Below are positions 28,950 through 43,400 of a DNA stretch of 64,000 nt, one piece after another. The notes below the pieces were generated by a model. That model was not told where the DNA came from. It did no database searches and was given only the letters and a program-made list of their open reading frames with translations. The translations under genes were made by a program, and so were the position numbers. The stretch's first letter is position 1; the number at the start of each line of letters is the position of its first letter. Location of the stretch: the NCBI RefSeq assembly GCF_009914755.1, contig NC_060946.1. One strand, 5' to 3'. Origin of the DNA: the human T2T-CHM13v2.0 reference genome, Homo sapiens.

Positions 28950-31900
28950 AACACTCAGAATCCAGCCACTGTGTACTGGAATCCTATTGACGGCAAACAT
29001 TCAGAACCTCGTAGAAGTGTTCTGGAATTCTATGTGAGAGACAAACACTAAGAAATCTGCAGCACTGTTCTATAATCCTTTCTGAGGGACAAACAACAGA
29101 ATCCGGTAGCAGTGTTCTACATTCTCTATGAGGGAAAAACATTCAGAACCTCGTAGCATTATTCTTTAATCCCATATGAGGGACAAACACTCAGAACCCA
29201 GTAGCAGTGTTCTGGATCCCTTTGTGAGGGATAAACATTCAGACATTCCTAGCAGTGTTCAAGAATCCTATGTGAGTGATATAATTTCAGAACTTCGTAG
29301 CACTGTTCTGGAATTCTATTAGAGGGACAAACACTCAGGAGCCAGCAGCAGAGTTCTAGAATCCTATGTGAGGGAGAAACACTCATAAAAAAGCAGCAGT
29401 GTCCTGGAATTCTATGTGAGGGACAAACACACAGAACCCAGCAGCAGTGTTGTAGAATCCTTTGTGAGGGACAAACACTCAGAACCCAGCAGTAGTGTTC
29501 TGGAATCCTTTGTGAGGGACAAACATTCAGAACATCGTAGCTGTGTTCTGAAATCCCATGTGAGGGACAAACAGTCAGAATCCAGCCAATGAGAATTGCC
29601 ATCCTATCTGAGGGCAAACACTCAGAACCTCGTAGAAGTGTTCTGGAATCCTATCTGATGGACAACACTAAGAAATCTGCAGCACTGTTCTGGAATCCTT
29701 TGTGAGGGACAAACAAACAGAACACAGTAGCACTGTTCTACAATCCTTTGTGAGGGAAACACATTCAGACTCTCGTAGCAGTGTTCTGGAATCCTATGTG
29801 AGGGGAAAACTTTCAGAACATCGTGGCAGAGTTCTGGAATCCTGTACGAGGGAGAAACACTCAGAACCCATTAGCAGTGTTCTGAAACCCTTTGGGAGGG
29901 AGAAACACTCACACTCTCATAACAGTGTTCTGGAATCCTATGTGAGGGAAAATCACTCAGATCCTTGTAGCAGGGTTCTGAATCCCTTTCTGAGGGATAA
30001 ACATTCAGACCCTTGTAGCAGTCTTCTGGAATCCTATGTGAGGGACAAACAGTCAGAACCCAGCAGCAGTGTTCTGGAATCCTATGTGTAGGACAAATAC
30101 TCAGAACCCAGCAGCAGTGTTCTGGCAACCTAAGTGAGCGAAAAACTTTCAGAACTTCGTAGCAGTGTTCTGGAATTCTATGTGAGGGGCAAACACTCAG
30201 AAGCCAGCAGCAGTGCTGTGGAATCCTATGTGAGGGACAAACACTCAGAATCCAGCCACCGTGCACTGGAATCCTATCTGAGGGCAAATATTCAGAACCT
30301 CAGAGAAGGGTTCTGGAATCCTATGAGGGACAAACACTAAGAAATCTGCAACAGTGCTCTGGAATCCTTTGGAGGGACAAGCAAACAGAACCCTGTAGCA
30401 GTGTTGATCAGTCCTTTGTGAGGGAAAAACATTCAGACCCTTGTAGCAGGGTTCTGGAATCCTATGTGAGGGAAAAATATTCAGACCCTTGTAGCAGTGT
30501 TTTGGAGTTCTATATGAGTGACAGACACTCCGAACCCAGCAGCAGTGTTCTGGAAACATTTGGGAGGGAAAAATATTCACACCCTCGTTAAAGTATTCTG
30601 GAATCCTATGTGAGGGAAAAAGATTCAGATCCTGATAGCATTGTTTTGGAATCCAATATGAAGTATGAACACTCAGAACCCAGTAGCAGTGTTCTGGAAC
30701 CCTTTGTTGGGCATAAACATTCAGCCCCTCGTAGCAATGTTCTGGAATCCTATGTGTGGGACAAACACTCAGAACCCAGCAGCAGTGTTCTGGAATCCTA
30801 TGTGAGGGACAAACTCTCAGAAAAAAGCAGCAGTGTTCTGGAAACCTATGTGGAGACAAACTCTCAGAAATTTGTAGCAGTGTTCTGGAATTCTATGTGA
30901 GGGACAAACACTCAGAACCCAGCAGCAGTGTTGTGGAATCCTAACTGAGAGACAAACACTCAGCACCCAGCATCAGTGTTTTGGAATCCAATGTGAGGGA
31001 CAAACACTCAGAACCCAGCAGCAGTGTACTGTAATCCTTTGTGAGGGAGAAACATTAAGAAACTCGTAGCAGTGTCCTGAAATTCTATGTGAGGGACAAA
31101 TATTCAGAATCTAGCCATTGTGTACTGGAATCCTATCCAAGCACAAACATTCAGAACATCGTAGAAGTATTCTGGAATCCTATGTGAGGGAATAACACTA
31201 AGAAATCTGCAGCAGTGCTCTGAAATCCTTTGTGAGGTACAAACAGAACCCAGTTGCAGTGTTCTACAATCCTTAGTGAGGGAAAATCTTTCAGACCCTC
31301 ATAGCAGTCTTCTGGAATCCTATGTGAGGGAAAAACATTCAGAACCTTGTAGCACTGTTCTGGAATCCTATATGAGGGAAAAACACTCAGAACACAGCAA
31401 CAGTGTTCTGGAATTATTTGGGAGGGAAAAATATTCACACCCTCGTAACAGTGTTCTCGAATCCTATATGAGGGGAAAACATTTAGAAACTCGCAGCATT
31501 GTTCTGGAATCCAATATGAGGGGAAAACACTCAGAACTCCATAGCAGTGTTCTGTAAACCTTTGTGAGGAATAAACATTCAGAACCTCGTAGCTGTGTTC
31601 TGGAATCCTACGTGAGGGAGAAATCCTCAGAACTCAGCAGCAGTGTTGTGGAATCCTATGCAAGGGACAAACCCTCAGAATCCAGCAGCAGTGTTTTGGA
31701 ATCTTATGTAAGCGACAAACTTTCAGAACTTCATAGCCCTGTTCTGGAATTCTATGTGAGGGACTGACACTCAGAACCAAGAAGCAGTGTTCTGGAATCC
31801 TAAGTCAGGGACAAACACTCAGAACCCAGCAGCAGTGTTCTCGAATCCTATGTGAGGCACAAGTACTCAGAACTCAGCAGTAGTGTTCTAGAATTATTTG

Positions 31901-34900
31901 TGAGGCACAAACACTCAGAAATCAGCAGCAGTGTTCTAGAATCTTTTTTGTGTGACAAGCATTCATAACCTTGTAGCAGTGTTCTGGAATCCTATGTGAG
32001 GGACAAACACTCAGAATCCAGCCACTGTGTACTGGAATCCTATCCGAGGGCAAACATTCAGAACCTCGCAGAAGTGTTCTGGAATCCTATGTGAGGGACA
32101 AACAGTAAGAAATCTGCAGCACTGCTCTGGAATCTTTTTTGAGGGAAAAACAATCAGAACCCAGTGGCAGTGTTCTTCAATCCTTTTGTGAGGGAAAAAC
32201 ATTCAGAACCTCATAACAGTCTTCTGGGATCCTATCTGAGGGAAAAGCATTCACAACCTCGTAGCAGTGATCTGGAATCCTATATGTGGGACAAACACTC
32301 AGAACCCAGCAGCAGTCTTCTGCAATCCTTTGGGAGGGGAAAACATTCACACCCTCGAAACGGTGTTCTGGATTCCTATGTAATAGAAAGATATTCAGAC
32401 CCTCATATTATTGTTCTGGAATCCAATATGAGGGACAAATGCTATGAACCCAGTAGCAGTGTTCTGAAATGCTTTGTGAGGGATAAACATTCAGACCTTT
32501 GTAGCACTGTTCTGGAATCTTATGCGGGGGACAAACACTCAGAACCCAGCAGCAGTGTTCTGGAATCCTATGTGAGGGACAAACACTCAGAACACAGCCA
32601 CAGTCTTCTGGAATCCTATATGAGCCACAAACGTTCAGAACTTCATAGCAGTGTTCTGGATTTCTATGTTATGGACAAACACTCAGTAGCCAGCAGCAGT
32701 GTTCTGGATTCCTAAGTGAGGGACAAACATTCAGAAACCAACAGCAGTGTTCCTGAATCATATGTGATGGACAAACACACAGAACCCAGCAGAAGTGTTC
32801 TAGAATCTTTTGTGAGGGACAAACACTCAGAACCCGACAGCAGTGTTCTGTAATCCTTTAGGAGGGAAAAACTTTCACACCCTCATAACAGTGTTCCGGA
32901 ATCCTAGGTGAGGGAAAAACATTCAGACACTCGTACCATTGTTTTGGAAGACAATATGAGGGCAACCACTCAGAACCCAGCAGCAGTTTCCTGGAAACCT
33001 TTATGAGGGATAAACATTCAGAACCTCGTAGCAGTGTTTTGCAATCTTATGTGAGGGACAAACACTAGAACCCAGCAGCAGTGTTCTGGAATCCTATGAG
33101 AGGGAGAAACACTCAGAACCCAGCAGCACTGTTCTGGAATCCTATGTGAGTGACAAACTTTCTGAATTTCGTAGCAATGTTCTGGAATTCTATGTGAGGG
33201 ACAAGCAGTGAGAAATCAGCAGCAGTGTTCTGGAATTCTATGTGAGGGACAAAAATTCAGACCCTCCTAGCAGTGTTCTGGAATCCTATGTGAGGTACAA
33301 ATCCTCAGAACCTAGCAGCAATGTTCTAGAATCTTTTGTGAGGGACAAACACTCAGAACCCAGACTAAGTGTTCTAGAATCCTTTGTGAAGGACAAACAT
33401 TCAGAACCTCGTAGCAGTGTTCTGGAATTCTATGTGAGGGACAAACACTCAGTATCCAGCCACAGTGTACTGGAATCCTATCTGAGAGCCAACATTCCAA
33501 ACCTCATCACAGTGTTCTGGAATCCTATGTGAAGGACAAACACTAAGAAGTCTGCAGCAGTGCCCTGGAATTCTTTGTGTGGGACCAAAAACATAACTCA
33601 GTAGCAGTGTTCTAAAATCCTTTGTGAGGGAAAAACATTCAGATCCTCATAGCAGCGTTCTGGAACCCTATATGAGGGACAAACACTCAGAACCGAGCAG
33701 CAGTGTTCTGGAATCCTTTGGGAGGGAAAAACATTCACACCCTCGTAACTGAGTTCTGGAATCCTACGTGAGGGAAAAACTTTCAGACATTCGCAGCATT
33801 GTTCTGGAATCCAATATGAAGGACAAACCCTCAGAATCCAGTAGTAGTGTTCTGGAAACATTTGTGAGGGATAAACATTCAGACCCTCGTAGCAGTGTTC
33901 TGGAATCCAAAGTGAGGGACAAACACTCAGAACACAGCAGCAGTGTTCTGGAATCCTAAGTGAGAGACAAACACTCAGAACCCAGGAGCAGTGTTCTGGA
34001 ATCCTAAGTGAGCAGCAAACTTTCAGAAATTTGTAGCAGTGTTCTGGAATTCTATGTGAGGGAGAAACACTCAGAACCCAGCTGCAGTGTTTTGGAATCC
34101 TAAGTGATGGACAAACACTCAGAACCCAGCAGCAGTGTTCTGGAATCCTAAGTGAGGGACAAGCGTTCGGAATCCAGCATTATTGTTCTAGAATCCTTTG
34201 TGAGGACAAACACTCCGAACCCAGTCCCAGTGTTCTAGAATCCTTTATTAGGGACAAGCATTCAGAACCTCGTAGCAGTGTTCTGGAATCCTATCTGAGG
34301 GACAAATACTCAGAATCCAGCCACTGTGTACTGGAATAATATATGAGTGCAAACATTCAGAACCTCGTAGCAGTGTTCTGGAATCCTATCTGAGGGACAA
34401 ATACTCAGAATCCAGCCACTGTGTACTGGAATAATATATGAGTGCAAACATTCAGAACCTCATAGAAGTGTTCTGGAATCGTATGTGAGGGATAAAAACT
34501 AAGACATCTGCAGCAGTGCTCTGGATTCCTTTGTGAGGGACAAGCAAACAGAACCCAGTAGCAATGTTCTACAATGCTCTGTGAGAGAAAAACATTCAGA
34601 ACCTCGTAGCAGTGTTCTGGAATCCTATGTGAGGGAAAACATTCAGACCCTAGAAGCTGTGTTCTGGAATCCTACCTGAGGGACAAACACTCAGAACCCA
34701 GCAGCAGTGTTCTGGAATCCTTTAGGAGGGAAAATATTCACACCCTCGTAACAGTGTTCTGGAATCCTATGTGAGGGAAAAACATTCAGACACTCGTAGC
34801 ATTGTTCTGGAATCCAATATAAGGGCAAACACTCAGAACCCACTAGCAGTGTTCTGGAAACCTTTGTGAGGGATAAACATTCAGACCCTCGTAGCAGTGT

Positions 34901-37200
34901 TTTGGAATCCTATGTGAGGAACAAACACTCAGAATGCAGAAGCAGTGTTCTGGAATCCTATGAGAGAAACAAACACTCACAACCCAGCAGCAGTGTTCTG
35001 GAATCCCATGTGAGCGACAAACTTTCTGAACTTCCTAGCAGTGTTCTGGAATTCTATGTGAGTTACAAACTCTGAGAAGCCAGCAGCAGTGTTCTTGAAT
35101 CCTAAGTGAGGGACAAACACTCAGAACCCAGCAGCAGTGTTCTGGAATCCTATGAGAGGGACAAACACTCAGAACCTATCAGAAGTGTTCTAGAATCCTT
35201 TGTGAGGGACAAACACTCAGAACCCAGCATCATTGTTCTAGAATCCTTTGTGAGAGTCAAACATTCAGAACCTCGTAACAGTGTTCTGGAATCCTAGGTG
35301 AGGGACAAACACTCAGAATCCAGCCATTGTGTACTTGAATTCTAGCTGAGGGCAAACATTCAGAACCCCATAGAAGTGTTCTGGAATCCTATGTGTGGGA
35401 CAAACTCTAAGAAATCTGCAGCAGTGCTCTGGAATCCATTGTGAGGGGCAAACAAACATAACCCAGTAGCAGTGTTCTACAATCCTTTCTGAGGGAAAGA
35501 CATTCAGACCATCTTAGCAGTGTTCTTGAATCCTTTGTGAGGGAAAAGCATTCAGACCCTCGTTGCAGTGATTTGGAATCCTATATGTGGGACAAACACT
35601 CAGAACCCAGCAGCAATCTTCTGGAATCCTTTGGTAGGGAAAAACATTCAAACTATCGAAACAGTGTTCTGGAAACCTATGTGATGGAAAGACATTCGGA
35701 CCCTCTTGATATTGTTCTGGAATCCAATATGAGGGACAAATGCTAACAGCTCAGTAGCAGTGATCTGAAACACTTTGTGACTGATAAACATTCAGACCCT
35801 TGTAGCACTGTTCTGGAATCTTATGTGAGGGACAAACACTCAGAACCCAGCAGCAGTGTTCTGGAATCCTGTGTGAGGGACAAACACTCAGAACCCAGCA
35901 GCAGTGTTCTGGAATCCTGTGTGAGGGACAATCACTCAGAACCCAGCAGCAGTGTTCTGGAATCCTATGTGTGTGACAAACTTTCAGAACTTCGTAGCAG
36001 TGTTGTGGATTTCTATGTCATGGACAAACACTGAGATGGCAGCAGTGTTCTGGATTCCTAAGTGATGGACAAACACTCAGAAACCAACAGCAGTGTTCTG
36101 GAATCCTATGTGATGGACAAACACCGGAACCCAGCAGCAGTGTTCCAGCATCCTTTGTGAGGGACAAACACTCAGAACTCAGCAGAAGTGTTCTAGAATA
36201 CTTTGTGAGGGACAAACATTCAGAACCTCGTAACACTGTTCTGGAATCCTATGTGAGGGGCAAACACTCAAAATCCAACCACTATGTACTGGAATCCTAT
36301 CTGAGGCTAAACATTCAGAACCTCTGAGAAGTGTTCTGGAATCCTAAGTGAGGGACACACACTAAGAAATCTGTAGCTGTGTTCTGGGATCTTTTGTGTG
36401 GGACAAACTAACAGAACTCAGTAGCAGCATTGTACAATCCTTTGTGAGGGAAAAATATTCAGACCTCTTAGCAGTCTTCTGGAATCCTATGTGAGGGAAA
36501 AACATTCAGACCCTCGCTGCAGTGTTCTCAAATCCAACATGAGGGACAAACACTCAGAACCCAGTAGCATTGTTCTGGAAACCTTTGTGAGGGATAAACA
36601 TTCCGACCCTCGTAGCAGTGTTCTGGAATCCTAAGTGAGGGACAGACACTCAGAACCAAGCAGCAGTGTTCTGAAATCCTATGTATGCGACACAGTTTTA
36701 GAATTTCATAGCGGTGTTCTGGAATTCTATGTGAGGGACAAACACTCAGAAGCCAGCTGCAGTGTTCTGGAATCCTATGTGAGGGACAAACATTCAGAAC
36801 CCAGCAGCAGTGTTCTCGAATCCTATGTGAGGGACTAACCCAGAGAACACAGCAGCACTGTTCTAGAATCCTTTGTGAGGGACAAACACTCAGAACCCAG
36901 AAGCAGTGTTCTAGAATCCTTTGTGAGGGACAAACAATCAGAATCTCGTAGAAGTGTTCTAGAATCCTATGTGAGGGACAAACACTCAGAATCCAGAGAC
37001 TGTGTACTGGAATCCTACTTGAGGGCAAACATTCAGAACCTCGGAGAATTGTTCTGGTATCCTATGTGAGGGACAAACCCTAAGAAATCTGGAGCATCGC
37101 TCTGTAATCCTTTTTGAGGGACAAACAAACAGAACCCAGGTTCAGTGTCCTACAATCCTTTGTGAGGGAAAAACATTCAGACTCTCGTAGTAGTGTTCTG
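28950..37200 (+). repeat. Satellite subfamily domain marked by CTAAGAAATCTGC, GTGTACTGG and 47-bp GAGGGCAAAC monomers; variable-length HOR-like units
   Basis: CTAAGAAATCTGC or a 1-nt variant occurs at 29048, 29668, 30337, 31198, 32105, 33543, 34499, 35407, 36362 and 37080. Most units also carry TTTGGGAGGG and TCCAATATGAG variants. Confidence 0.8.
34259..34461 (+). repeat. Perfect 95-bp (48+47) tandem duplication
   Basis: TTCAGAACCTC at 34261, 34356 and 34451, with identical intervening sequence including the rare GGAATAATATATGAGTGC. Confidence 0.92.
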
Positions 37201-37999
37201 GAATCCTATGTGAAGGACAAACACTCAGAAAACTGTAGCAGTGTTCTGGAATCCTATGTGAGGGAGAAATACCCAGGACTCGGCAGCATTGTTCGGCAAT
37301 TCTATGTGAGGAGCAAACACTCCGAAACCAGCAGCAGTGTTCTAAAATCTTTTGTGAGTGACAAGCATTCAGACACTCAGAGCACTATTCTGTAACGCTA
37401 AGTGAGGGAGAAACATTCAGACCCTCGTAGCAGTGTTCTGAAATCCTATGTGAGAGACAAACACTAAGAACGCAGCTGCAGTGTTCTGGAATCCTATCTG
37501 AGGGACAAACACTGAGAACCCAGCAGCAGTGTTCTGGAATCCTTTGTGCATGACAAACATTCAGAAATTCATAGCAGTGTTCTGGAGTCATATGTGAGGG
37601 ACAAACACTCTGAAACCAGCTGCAGTGTTTTGGAATCCCATGTGAGGGACAGACACTCAGAACCCAGCAGCAGTGTTCTGGAATCCTACGTAAATGAAAG
37701 ACACTCAGAACCCAGAAGCAATGTTCCAGAATCCTTTGTGAGGGACAAACTATGAGACCTTCAAAGCAGTGTTCTGGAATCTTATGTGAGGGAAAAACAC
37801 TGAGAACCCAGCAGCAGCGTTCTGGAATCCTATGTGTGGGACAAACACTCAGAACCCAGCCGCAGGGTTCTGGAATGTTATGTGATGGACAAACACACAT
37901 AAGCCAGCCACTGTGTTATGGAATCCTATGTGAGGGATGGACACTCAGAACCCAGCAGCAGTGTTCTGGATTCCTATATGAGGGACAGACACTCAGAAC

Positions 38000-40900
38000 C
38001 TTGCAGCAGTTTTCTGGAATCCTAGGTGAGGTACAATCACTCAGAACCCAGCTGCAGTGTTCTGGAATCCTATGTGTGGAACAAACATTCAGACCCTCGT
38101 AGCAGTGTTCTGGAATCTTATGTGATGATCAAACACTCAGAAAACAGTAGTAGTGTTCTGGAATCCTATGTCAGGGACAAACACTCTGAACCCAACAGTA
38201 GTGTTCTGGTATCGTTTGTGAGGGACTAACATTCAGACCCTCATAGCACTGTTCTGAAATCCTAGGTGAGAGATAAACACTCAGAACCCATCTGCAGTGT
38301 TCTGGAATCCTGAGTGAGGGACAAACACTCAGAACCCAGCAGCAGTGTTCTGAAATCCTTTGTGAGGGACAAACATTCAGAACTTCGCAGCATTGTTCTG
38401 GAATCATACGTGAGGGACAAACACTCAAAACCCCCCAGCAGTGCTCTGGAATCCTATGAGAGGGACAAGCATTCAGACCCTCATAGCACTGTTCTGGAAC
38501 GCTATGTGAAGGACAAACATTCAGAGCCTCATAGCAGTGTTCTGGAGTCCTATGTGAGGTACAAACCCATAGAACTCAGTAGAATTCTGCAAATCTACAT
38601 GAATTACAAACACTCGGAACACAGCAGCAGTGTTCTCGATTCCTATTTGAAGGACAAACAATCAGAACCCTGCAGCAGTGCTCTGGAATCCCATCTGAGG
38701 GACCATCACTAAAAACCCAGCAGTAATGTATTGTACCTTACATGATTGACAAACACACAGAACCCATCAGAAGTGTTCTGGAATCCTACGTGAGTGACAA
38801 ACACTCAAAACCCAGCATCAGTGTTCTGGAATCCTTTGTGAAGGACAAACATTCAGACCATTGTAGAACTGTTCTGAAATCCTAGGTGTGGGACAAAAAC
38901 TCAGAACCCAGCACTGTTGTTCTGGAATCCTATGTGAGGGACAAATACCCAGAGCCCAGCAGCAGTGTTCAGGAATTCTATGTGACGTAAACCCTTAGAA
39001 CCCAGCACCTGTGTTCTGGAAAACTTTTTGGGGACAAACAGTCAGACACTCATAGCACTGTTCTATAATGCTATGTGAGGGAGAAACTTTCAGACTCTCA
39101 TAGCAGTATTCTGAAATCCTATGTGAGGGACAAACACTCAGAAAACAGCAGCAGTGTTCTGTTGTCCTATGTGAGGAACAAACACTCAGAACCCAGCAGC
39201 AGTGTTCAGGAATTCTATGTGAGGGACAAAGCCTCAGAACCCAACAGCAGTGTTCTGGAATCCTTTGTGAGGGACAAATATTGAGACACTCAGAGCAGTG
39301 TTTTGGAATACTATGTGAAGGACAAACACTCAGAACCCTGCAGCAGGGTTCTGGAATCCTATGTGTGGGACAACCATTCAGACCCTCATAACACTGTTCT
39401 GTAATGTTCTGTGAGGGACAAACATTCAGACCCTCATAGCAGTGTTCTGGAATCCTGCGTGAGGTACAAACCCTGAGAAGTCAAAAGCAGTGTTCTGGAA
39501 TTCTATGTGAAGGACAAACCCTCAGAACCTTGCAGCAGTGTTCTGGAATCGTATGTGAGGGACTAACACTCAGAATCCAGCAGCAGTATTCTGGAATGCT
39601 ATGTGAGGGCAAACACACAAAACCCAGCAGCAGTGTTCTGGTATCCTATATAAGGGACAAACACTCAGAACCCAGCAGAGGTGTCCTGGATTCCTATGTG
39701 AGACACAAACATTCAAAAACTAGCAGCAGTGTCCAGGAATCCTAAATGAGGGACAAACATTCAGACCTTCGGAGCAGTGTTCTGGAATCCTATGTGAAGG
39801 ACAAACACTCAGAACGCAATAGCAGTGTTCTGGAATCCTATGTGAAGGACAAACACTCAGGACCCAGTAGCAGTGATAGGGAGTGCTTTCTGATGGACAA
39901 ACATTCAGAACCTTGTAGCAATTTTCTGGAATCCTATGTGAGGGACAAACGCTCAGAACACAGCAGCAGTGTTCTGGAATACTTTGTGAGGGACAAACAC
40001 TCAGAACCCAGCAGCATTTTTCTGCAATCTTTTGTGAGAGACAAACTTTCATACCCTTGGAGCCGTGTTCTCGAATCCTTTTTGAGGGACAAACACTCAG
40101 AACCCAACAGCAGTGGTCTGGAATCCTCTATGAGGGACAAACACTCAGAACCCAGCAGCAGAGTTCTGGACTCCTAAGTGAGGGACAAACACTCAGAACC
40201 CAGCAGCAGTGTTCGGGAATCCAAAGTGACGGACAAACATTCAGATCCCTTCAGCAGTGTTCTGGGATCCTAAGTGAGGGACAAGCATTCAGACCCTCAT
40301 AGCACTGTTCTCGAATGCTCTGTGAGGGACAAACATTCAGAACCTCGTAGCAGTGTTCTGGGATCCTATGTGAGGTACAAACCTTCAGAACCCAGCAGCA
40401 TTGTTCTGGAATTCTACATGACGGACAAACCCTCAGAACCTAGCTGCAGTGTTCTGGAATCCTATGTGAGGGACGAACACTCAGAACCCAGCAGCAGTGT
40501 TCTGCATTCCTATGTGAGGGACAAGCACTCAGAAACCTGCAGCAGCGTTTGGGAATCCCATGTGAGGGACAAATACTGAAAACCCAGCAGAAGTGTTCTT
40601 GTATCCTACATGATGGACAAACACACAGAACCCAGCAGAAGTGTTCTGAAATCCTGTATGAGTGACAAACACTCACAACCCAGCAGTAGGGTTCTGGAAT
40701 CCTATGTGAGGGACAAACATTCAGACCCTTGTTGCAGTGTTCTGGAATCCTATGTAAGGGACAAACACTCACAATACAGCAGCAGTGTTCTGGAATCATA
40801 AGTAACGGACAAACACTCAGAACCAAGCAGCAGTGTTCTGGAACGCTATGTGAGGGACAAACACTCAGTATGCAGCAGCAGTGTTCCAGAATCCAATGTA

Positions 40901-43400
40901 AGGGAGAAACACTCAGAACCAGGCAGCAGGGTTCTGGAATCCTATGTGTGGGACAAGCATTCATACCCTCATAGCACTGTTCTGGAATGCTCTGTGAGGG
41001 ACAAACATTCAGACCCTCGTAGGAGTGTTCTGGAATCCTATGTGAAGGACAAATACTCAGAAAACACTAGTAGTGTTCTGGAATACTAAGTGAGGGGCAA
41101 AGATTCTGAACCTAGCAGCAGTGTCCTGGAATCGTTTGTGAGGACCTAACATTCAGAAACTCATAGCAGTGTTCTGGAATCCTAGGTGAGAGACAAACAC
41201 TCAGAACCCAGCTGTAGTTTTCTGGAATCCTATGTGAGGGACAAACACTCAGAACCCAGAAGCTGTGTTCTGGAATCCTTTGTGAAGAACAAACATTCAG
41301 ACCCTCGGAGCCTTTTTCTGGAATCCTATGTGAGGGACAAACTTTCAGATCCCCGCGGCAATGTTCCGGAATCCTTCGGGAGGGACAATCATTCAGACCC
41401 TCCGAGCACTGCTCTGTAATGTTATGTGAGGGTCAAACATTCAGACCCTCTTAGCAATGTTCTGGAATCCTAAGTGAGGTACAAAACCTCAGAACCCAGA
41501 AGCGGTGTTCTGGAATTCTACGTGAGGGACAAACCCTCAGAACCTAGCAGCAGTCTTCTGGAGTCTTATGTGAGGGACGAACACAGAGAACCCAGCAGCA
41601 GTGTTCTGGATTCCTATGTGAGGGACAAACACTCAGAACCCTGCAGCAGTTTTCTGGAATCCAAGGTGAGGGACAATCACTCAGAACCCAGCAGCTATGT
41701 TCCGGAAACCTATGTGAGGGACAAACATTCGGACCCTCGTGTCAGTGTTCTGGAATCCTATGCGACGATCAAACACTCAGAAAACGGTACCAGTGTTCCG
41801 GAATCCTTTGTGAGGGACAAACACTCTGAACCCAGCAGCAGTGTTCTGGTATCGTTTGTGAGGCAGCAACATTCAGACCCCTGTAGCACTGTTCTGGAAT
41901 CCTAGGTGAGAGACAAACACTCAGAACCCTGCAGCAGTGTTCTGGAATCCTACGTGAGGTGCAAACATTCAGACCCTCATAGCACTGTTCTGGAATGCTA
42001 TGTGAGGGACAAACATTCAGACCCTAGTAGCAGTGTTCTAGAATCCTATGTGAGGTACAATCCCTCAGAACCCAGCAGCAGTGTTCTAGAATTCTACGTG
42101 AAGGACACACACTCGGAACACAGCAGCAGTGTTCTGGATTGTTATGTGAAGGACAAACACTCAGAACCCTGCAGCAGTGCTCTGGAATCCTATGTGAGGG
42201 ACAAACACTAAAAACCCAGCAGTAGTGTTTTGTATTCTAAATGATGTACAAACACACAGAACCCATCAGAAGTGTTCTGGAATCTTATGTGAGTGAAAAC
42301 ATTTGGAAACCAGCAGCAGTGTTCTGGAATGCTATGCGAGGGACAAACATTCAGACCCTTGTAGCACTGCTCTGAAATCCTAGGTGTGGGACAAAAACTC
42401 AGAACCCAGCAGTCGTGTTCTGAAATCCTATGTGAGGGACAAATACCCAGTACCCAGCAGCAATGTTCAGGAATTCCATGTGAGGAACAAACCCTCAGAA
42501 CCCAGCAGCAATGTTGTGGAATACTTTGTGGGGAACAAACAGTCAGACACTCATAGCACTGTTCTATAATGCTATGTGAGGGAGAAACATTCAGACCCTC
42601 GTAGCAGTGTTCCGAAATCCTATGTGAGGGACAAACATTCAGAAAACAGCAGCAGTTTTCTGTAGTCCTATGTGAGGGACAAACACTCAGAACCCAGTAG
42701 CAGTGTTCGGGAATTCTATGTGAGGGACAAACCGTCAGAACCCAGCAGCAGTGTTCTGGAATCCTTTTTGAGGGACAAACTTTCAGACACTCAGAGCAGT
42801 GTTTTGGAATCCTATGTGAGGGACAAACACTCAGAACCCTGCAGCAGGGTTCTGGAATCCTATGTGTGGGACAAGCATTCAGACCCTCATAGCACTGTTC
42901 TGGAATGCTCTGTGAGGGACAAACATTCAGACCCTTGTAGCAGTGTTCTGGAATCCTGTGTGAGGTACAAACCCTCAGAACTCAGAAGCAGTGTTCTGGA
43001 ATTCTATGTGAAGGAAAAACCCTCAGAACCTTGCAGCAGTGTTCTGGAATCGTATGTGAGTTACTAACATTCAAAACCCAGCAGCAGTGTTCTGGATTGC
43101 TATGTGAGGGACAAACACACAAAAGCCAGCAGCACTGTTCTGGTATCCTATATAAGGGACAAACACTCAGAATCCAGTAGAAGTGTTCTGGTATTCTATA
43201 TAAGGGACAAACACTCTCAGAATCCAGCAGAAGTGTTCTGGATTCCCATGTGAGGGACAAACATTCAAAAATCAGCAGCAGTGTTCTGAAATCTTAAGTG
43301 AGGGACAAACGTTCAGACTCTCGGAGCAGTGTTCTATAATCCTATGTGAAGGACAAACACTCAGAACCCAGTAGCAGTGTTCTGGAACCCTATGTGAGGG
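38000..43400 (+). repeat. Paralogous ~1.8-kb blocks ~3.5 kb apart (~38000-39850 vs ~41640-43400)
   Basis: GGTATCGTTTGTG at 38208/41848; CAGTCAGACACTCATAGCACTGTTCTATAATGC with CATAG at 39051/42552; AAATACCCAG and CCTAGGTGTGGGACAAAAAC occur in both blocks. Confidence 0.8.
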
